A stretch of DNA of 64,000 nucleotides, taken from NCBI GenBank assembly GCA_022711655.1, contig JAKLEM010000003.1:10710-74709 (forward strand), in the 5' to 3' direction. The position numbers were made by a program, and so were the translations under genes. The DNA is from Candidatus Auribacterota bacterium. Its GTDB lineage: Bacteria; Auribacterota; Ancaeobacteria; Ancaeobacterales; Ancaeobacteraceae. Positions 60,909 through 64,000 of this stretch are shown in pieces. Under the pieces are notes generated by a model. It was not told the DNA's origin and did no database searches. It was given only the letters and a program-made list of their open reading frames with translations. The number at the start of each line of letters is the position of its first letter. The stretch's first letter is position 1.

Positions 60909-61508
60909 TTACACATACTTCAAAGCTTTGCGGACCAGGTCCTCGGCGGGAAGTGCCTTTCCTTCCTGGTCGGCCATCACCTTGCGCGCCGCGTTCTCTG
61001 CGATAAACTGCTTGTAGCCGAGCGCAACGAGGGCGCCGGCCACGTCGCCGAAAAGCGATGCGCCTTTCATCGGCGGCCGGCCGGCAGACACCGATGCCGC
61101 GGCCGACACATCCACCTTGTCTTTCAGCTCGAGGATAAGCCGCTCCGCGGTCTTCTTGCCGACACCGGGAACCGACGAAAGCCGCTTGGTATCATGGGCA
61201 GCGATCGCCTCGTAGAACTCATGCTGCGCGATCCCGCTCAGGATGCCGATGGCGACCTTCGGGCCGATACCGGTAACGCCCAACAACGTCTTGAAGAGAT
61301 CCCGCTCCCCCGCGGTCAGGAACCCGTACAGGTCCAGGACATCCTCCCTCACATGCTGGTAGATCAAGACCTTGACCTTGCCGTTGAGGTCGGGAAGGTT
61401 CTCATAGCTGCTCAGCGGGATTGCCACGTCGTAGCCGACGCCGCCCACCTCGACGGTGATCCGGTTCGGGCTCGACTCGGCCAGCGTCCCTGTCAAATAG
61501 GAAATCAT
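60909..61508 (-). CDS. ruvA: Holliday junction DNA-binding protein RuvA
   Basis: MISYLTGTL...VEVGGVGYDV and HhH motifs (LLGVTGIGPKVA, VPGVGKKTAERL). Confidence 0.93.
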   Translation of the reverse strand: MISYLTGTLAESSPNRITVEVGGVGYDVAIPLSSYENLPDLNGKVKVLIYQHVREDVLDLYGFLTAGERDLFKTLLGVTGIGPKVAIGILSGIAQHEFYEAIAAHDTKRLSSVPGVGKKTAERLILELKDKVDVSAAASVSAGRPPMKGASLFGDVAGALVALGYKQFIAENAARKVMADQEGKALPAEDLVRKALKYV

Positions 61509-61511
61509 ATC

Positions 61512-62012
61512 CTACACCTTCTTGAGCTGCATGATCGCCGCCGCCGGCATCGCCTGCGCATGGCATATGGCGACCCCCAGGGCGTCGGACGCGTCTTCCG
61601 GCTCCGGCACGGCCGGCAGCCCCAACAAGGCCTTTACCATCTTCTGGACCTGGAGCTTTTCCGCGGCGCCGTAGCCGACGACCGCCTGCTTGACCTTGCG
61701 CGGGGTATATTCGTATATGTCGAGGCCGTGCTGGGCGGCGGCGACGATCGCCACGCCCCGCGCCTCACCGAGCTTTATCGCGGAGTTGACATTCTTGCAG
61801 TAGAAGATGTCCTCGACCGCCGCGACGTCGGGATGGAACCGCATGATGACGTCGGTTATGCCCCGGTGGATGTTCAGAAAACAGGTCGAAAGGCTGTCGC
61901 GTGCGGCGGTCTGTATGACGCCGTAGGTGATCGGTAACAAGCGGCTTCCCGACGTCTCGATGATGCCGTAGCCGGTCGTCCTCGTACCGGGATCGATCCC
62001 CAAAACCCTCAT
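61512..62012 (-). CDS. ruvC: Holliday junction resolvase RuvC
   Basis: Internal start MRVLGIDPGTRTTGYGIIE. C-terminal DASDALGVAICH. Confidence 0.93.
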   Translation of the reverse strand: MRVLGIDPGTRTTGYGIIETSGSRLLPITYGVIQTAARDSLSTCFLNIHRGITDVIMRFHPDVAAVEDIFYCKNVNSAIKLGEARGVAIVAAAQHGLDIYEYTPRKVKQAVVGYGAAEKLQVQKMVKALLGLPAVPEPEDASDALGVAICHAQAMPAAAIMQLKKV

Positions 62013-62090
62013 GCAAAACCTTCTGCCCAATTTTACAAATTACATTTCTTCTCGAAACGAACCCGTTTCACCCGAAGGGTGAAATACGAA

Positions 62091-62208
62091 ATGGCGAAAA
62101 ACGGCCCGGATGCAAGGCGCCCGCCAGCGACCGCGGAGGCGTACTGGGAAGTACGCCGCACAAGGAAGCGGTGGCGGGCAACGCCGCAGACGGGCCGTTA
62201 TCCGCCAT
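62091..62208. repeat. Copy B of the conserved ~115-nt extended-hairpin element
   Basis: The basal stem ATGGCGAAAAACGGCCCG/CGGGCCGTTATCCGCCAT pairs at 16 of 18 positions. Helices are CCCGCCA/TGGCGGG and CCGC/GCGG, with apical GGCGTAC/GTACGCC. It aligns with 31912-32024. Confidence 0.8.
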
Positions 62209-62215
62209 TTCGGGG

Positions 62216-62968
62216 TCAACTGCCCGATATACGCTGGATCTCTTCGTCGGAGATATCGAAGTTCGCGTACACGTTCTGCACGTCGTCATGATCTTCCAGA
62301 TCTTCGACGAGGGCGAGCACATGCTCGGCGTCCTTGCCCGACACCTTGACGGTGTTCTGCGGGAGCATGGTGACTTCGGCTACCGTCGTCGGGATACCCG
62401 CGTCGGCGAGCGCTTTCTTGACCTTCTCGAAACTGTCCAGGGGTACGGTGATCTCATAGGCCGATTCCTCGGCGACAAAATCCTCGGCGCCCGCCTCGGT
62501 CGCGACCGAGAACACCTTATCCTCTTCGGCCGCGTTCTTCGCCACCTCTATGTAGCCCTTCTTGTTGAACATCCACGCCACCGCGTTCGCGCCGGCCATA
62601 TTTGCGTTGCGCTTCGAGAAGACCATCCGGATCTCGGCCGCGGTCCGGTTCTTGTTGTCTGTCAGGACGTCCACGATGATCGCGACGCCGCCCGCGCCGT
62701 AGCCTTCGTATGTCTGCTCTTCGTACGAAACACCGGGGAGCTCGCCGGTCCCCTTCTTGATCGCCCGCGTCACGTTGTCAGAAGGCATATTCGCCTCTTT
62801 CGCCTTCTGGACCAGCATGCGGAGCTTCGCATTGGACGACTGATCGCCGCCGCCCATCTTCGCCGCAACCGTCAGCTCTTTCGCCAGCTTGCTGAAGACC
62901 TTGCCGCGCTTGGCGTCGGTCGCCGCCTTCTTGTGCTTGATCGTCGCCCACTTGGAATGCCCGCTCAT
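62216..62968 (-). CDS. yebC: YebC/PmpR family DNA-binding transcriptional regulator
   Basis: MSGHSKWATIKHKKAATDAKRGKVFSKL... canonical N-terminus. It sits in the conserved position upstream of ruvC. Confidence 0.93.
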   Translation of the reverse strand: MSGHSKWATIKHKKAATDAKRGKVFSKLAKELTVAAKMGGGDQSSNAKLRMLVQKAKEANMPSDNVTRAIKKGTGELPGVSYEEQTYEGYGAGGVAIIVDVLTDNKNRTAAEIRMVFSKRNANMAGANAVAWMFNKKGYIEVAKNAAEEDKVFSVATEAGAEDFVAEESAYEITVPLDSFEKVKKALADAGIPTTVAEVTMLPQNTVKVSGKDAEHVLALVEDLEDHDDVQNVYANFDISDEEIQRISGS

Positions 62969-63001
62969 TACTGCCTCCTCATCCGGATTATGAAATGTAG
63001 T

Positions 63002-64000
63002 CTATTCCTTCGCCGCCAGCTCGTGATCCTTCTTCGCCAGATCGATCACCTTCTGCGCTATCAGCGCCGGCACCTCTTCGTAATGCGAGAAGTCCATCTC
63101 GAACGACCCGCGCCCGCCGGTGATCGAGCGAAGCTCGTTGGAGAACTTGAACATCTCGGCGATCGGCACCTGCGCCGTTATCTTCTTCAGATCGCCCTCT
63201 TCTTCCATCCCCATGATCCTGCCGCGTTTCGAGTTGAGGCTTCCCGTTATATCGCCCATGTACTGGCTCGGGATGTGAATGTCAACGCTCATGATCGGCT
63301 CAAGCAGGATCATCTTTGCCTTGCTGCACGCGTCCTTGAACGCCTTTGAACCAGCAATCTTAAAAGACATTTCCGACGAATCGACGTCGTGAAAGCTGCC
63401 ATCATACAGGATCGCCCGCACATCGACCACGTGGTTTCCTGAAAGCACGCCCTCTTCCATCGCCCCGACGATCCCCTTCTCTACCGCCGGTATGAAGTTC
63501 CGCGGGATCGCCCCTCCGACGACCTGGTCGACGAACTCGAAGCCCTTGCCGCGCTCGAGCGGCTCTACCTTGAGGAATACCTCGCCGTATTGGCCGCGCC
63601 CGCCTGACTGCTTCTTGTACTTCTCGTGCCCCTCGGCCTTGGTCTTGATCGTCTCCTTATAGGCAACCTTCGGGACGCTCATATCGATCTCGACGCCGTA
63701 TCGCTTCTTGAGCCTGTCCAGCACGATCTCGATATGGAGGTCGCCCATGCCGGAGATGACGAGCTCGTGCGTCTCTGTGTTGCGGTGCGCGACGAGCGTC
63801 GGGTCTTCGTCGGTGATGCGGTGGAGCCCCGTCGCTATCTTCTCCTCGTCTCCTTTCGCCTTCGGCTTGACGGCGTACGCGACCGACGGCTTCGGATAGA
63901 CGATCTTCTTGAAATCGATCGGATTCGCCGGGTCGCAGAGCGTCTGGTTATATGACGTGCCTTTGAGTTTCGCGACGACCACGATATCGCCGGCCGACGC
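63002..64000 (-). CDS. Elongation factor G family protein, C-terminal part (domains III-V); gene continues beyond the right edge
   Basis: ...LEPIMSVDIHIPSQYMGDITGSLNSKRGRIMGMEEEG..AQVPIAEMFKFSNELRSITGGRGSFEMDFSHYEEVP. The reading frame stays open upstream of the track M at 63982. Confidence 0.9.
   Translation of the reverse strand, partial: ASAGDIVVVAKLKGTSYNQTLCDPANPIDFKKIVYPKPSVAYAVKPKAKGDEEKIATGLHRITDEDPTLVAHRNTETHELVISGMGDLHIEIVLDRLKKRYGVEIDMSVPKVAYKETIKTKAEGHEKYKKQSGGRGQYGEVFLKVEPLERGKGFEFVDQVVGGAIPRNFIPAVEKGIVGAMEEGVLSGNHVVDVRAILYDGSFHDVDSSEMSFKIAGSKAFKDACSKAKMILLEPIMSVDIHIPSQYMGDITGSLNSKRGRIMGMEEEGDLKKITAQVPIAEMFKFSNELRSITGGRGSFEMDFSHYEEVPALIAQKVIDLAKKDHELAAKE

Noticed and set aside
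62066-62084. Hairpin TTTCACCC-GAA-GGGTGAAA, initially read as a cUUCGg tetraloop on the minus strand
   Set aside because: The register that gives a UUCG tetraloop breaks the third base pair. The best fold is an 8-bp stem with a 3-nt loop, or 7 bp with a 5-nt loop. No tetraloop claim is made.

Overview
GC-rich bacterial chromosomal segment. LptE, a BamD-like protein and a TolC-like protein indicate a diderm. The bifurcating-type Bcd/EtfBA suggests an anaerobe. I cannot assign taxonomy from sequence alone. I call about 58 protein genes and one tRNA-Leu(GAG). All but 7 protein genes are on the minus strand. The plus-strand genes are rpsT, the 13420 and 14034 pair, cspA, the hybrid kinase, the TPR glycosyltransferase and rpmB. 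Content is overwhelmingly housekeeping. In coordinate order it reads: uvrC (partial, missed by the ORF track), rpsT, holA, lptE, BamD-like/AMIN, pgpA, pgsA, rimO, rodZ, ftsK, pnp, rpsO, comEC, tandem-PilZ, DUF1571, addAB, cspA, a hybrid histidine kinase, etfAB plus acyl-CoA dehydrogenase, fabF-acpP-fabG-fabH-plsX-rpmF-yceD, coaD, rsmD, macB-macA-tolC, recG, a TPR/PMT-like glycosyltransferase, rpmB, recJ, secDF-yajC-tgt-queA, spoIID, ruvBAC, yebC and a partial EF-G. I saw no rRNA, CRISPR array, transposase, integrase or phage genes. Many long ORFs in the track are antisense shadows of real genes, which is typical of GC-rich DNA. The unusual signals are non-coding: (1) a conserved, covarying extended-hairpin element of about 115 nt, present twice (31912-32024 and 62091-62208); (2) an inverted array of NCGAAAY heptads filling the macA-macB spacer and abutting the macB start codon; (3) a 154-bp element closed by perfect 29-bp inverted repeats directly 3' of addA. 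Coding-level oddities are a CarCDE-like acyl-CoA dehydrogenase/EtfB/ferredoxin-EtfA trio appended to the fatty-acid synthesis operon, a translationally coupled pair of small ORFs one of which carries two CCxxCx5C motifs, and several plus-strand genes whose -10 box sits 6-12 nt from the ATG with no Shine-Dalgarno. All function calls rest on my recognition of translated motifs. No searches were run.
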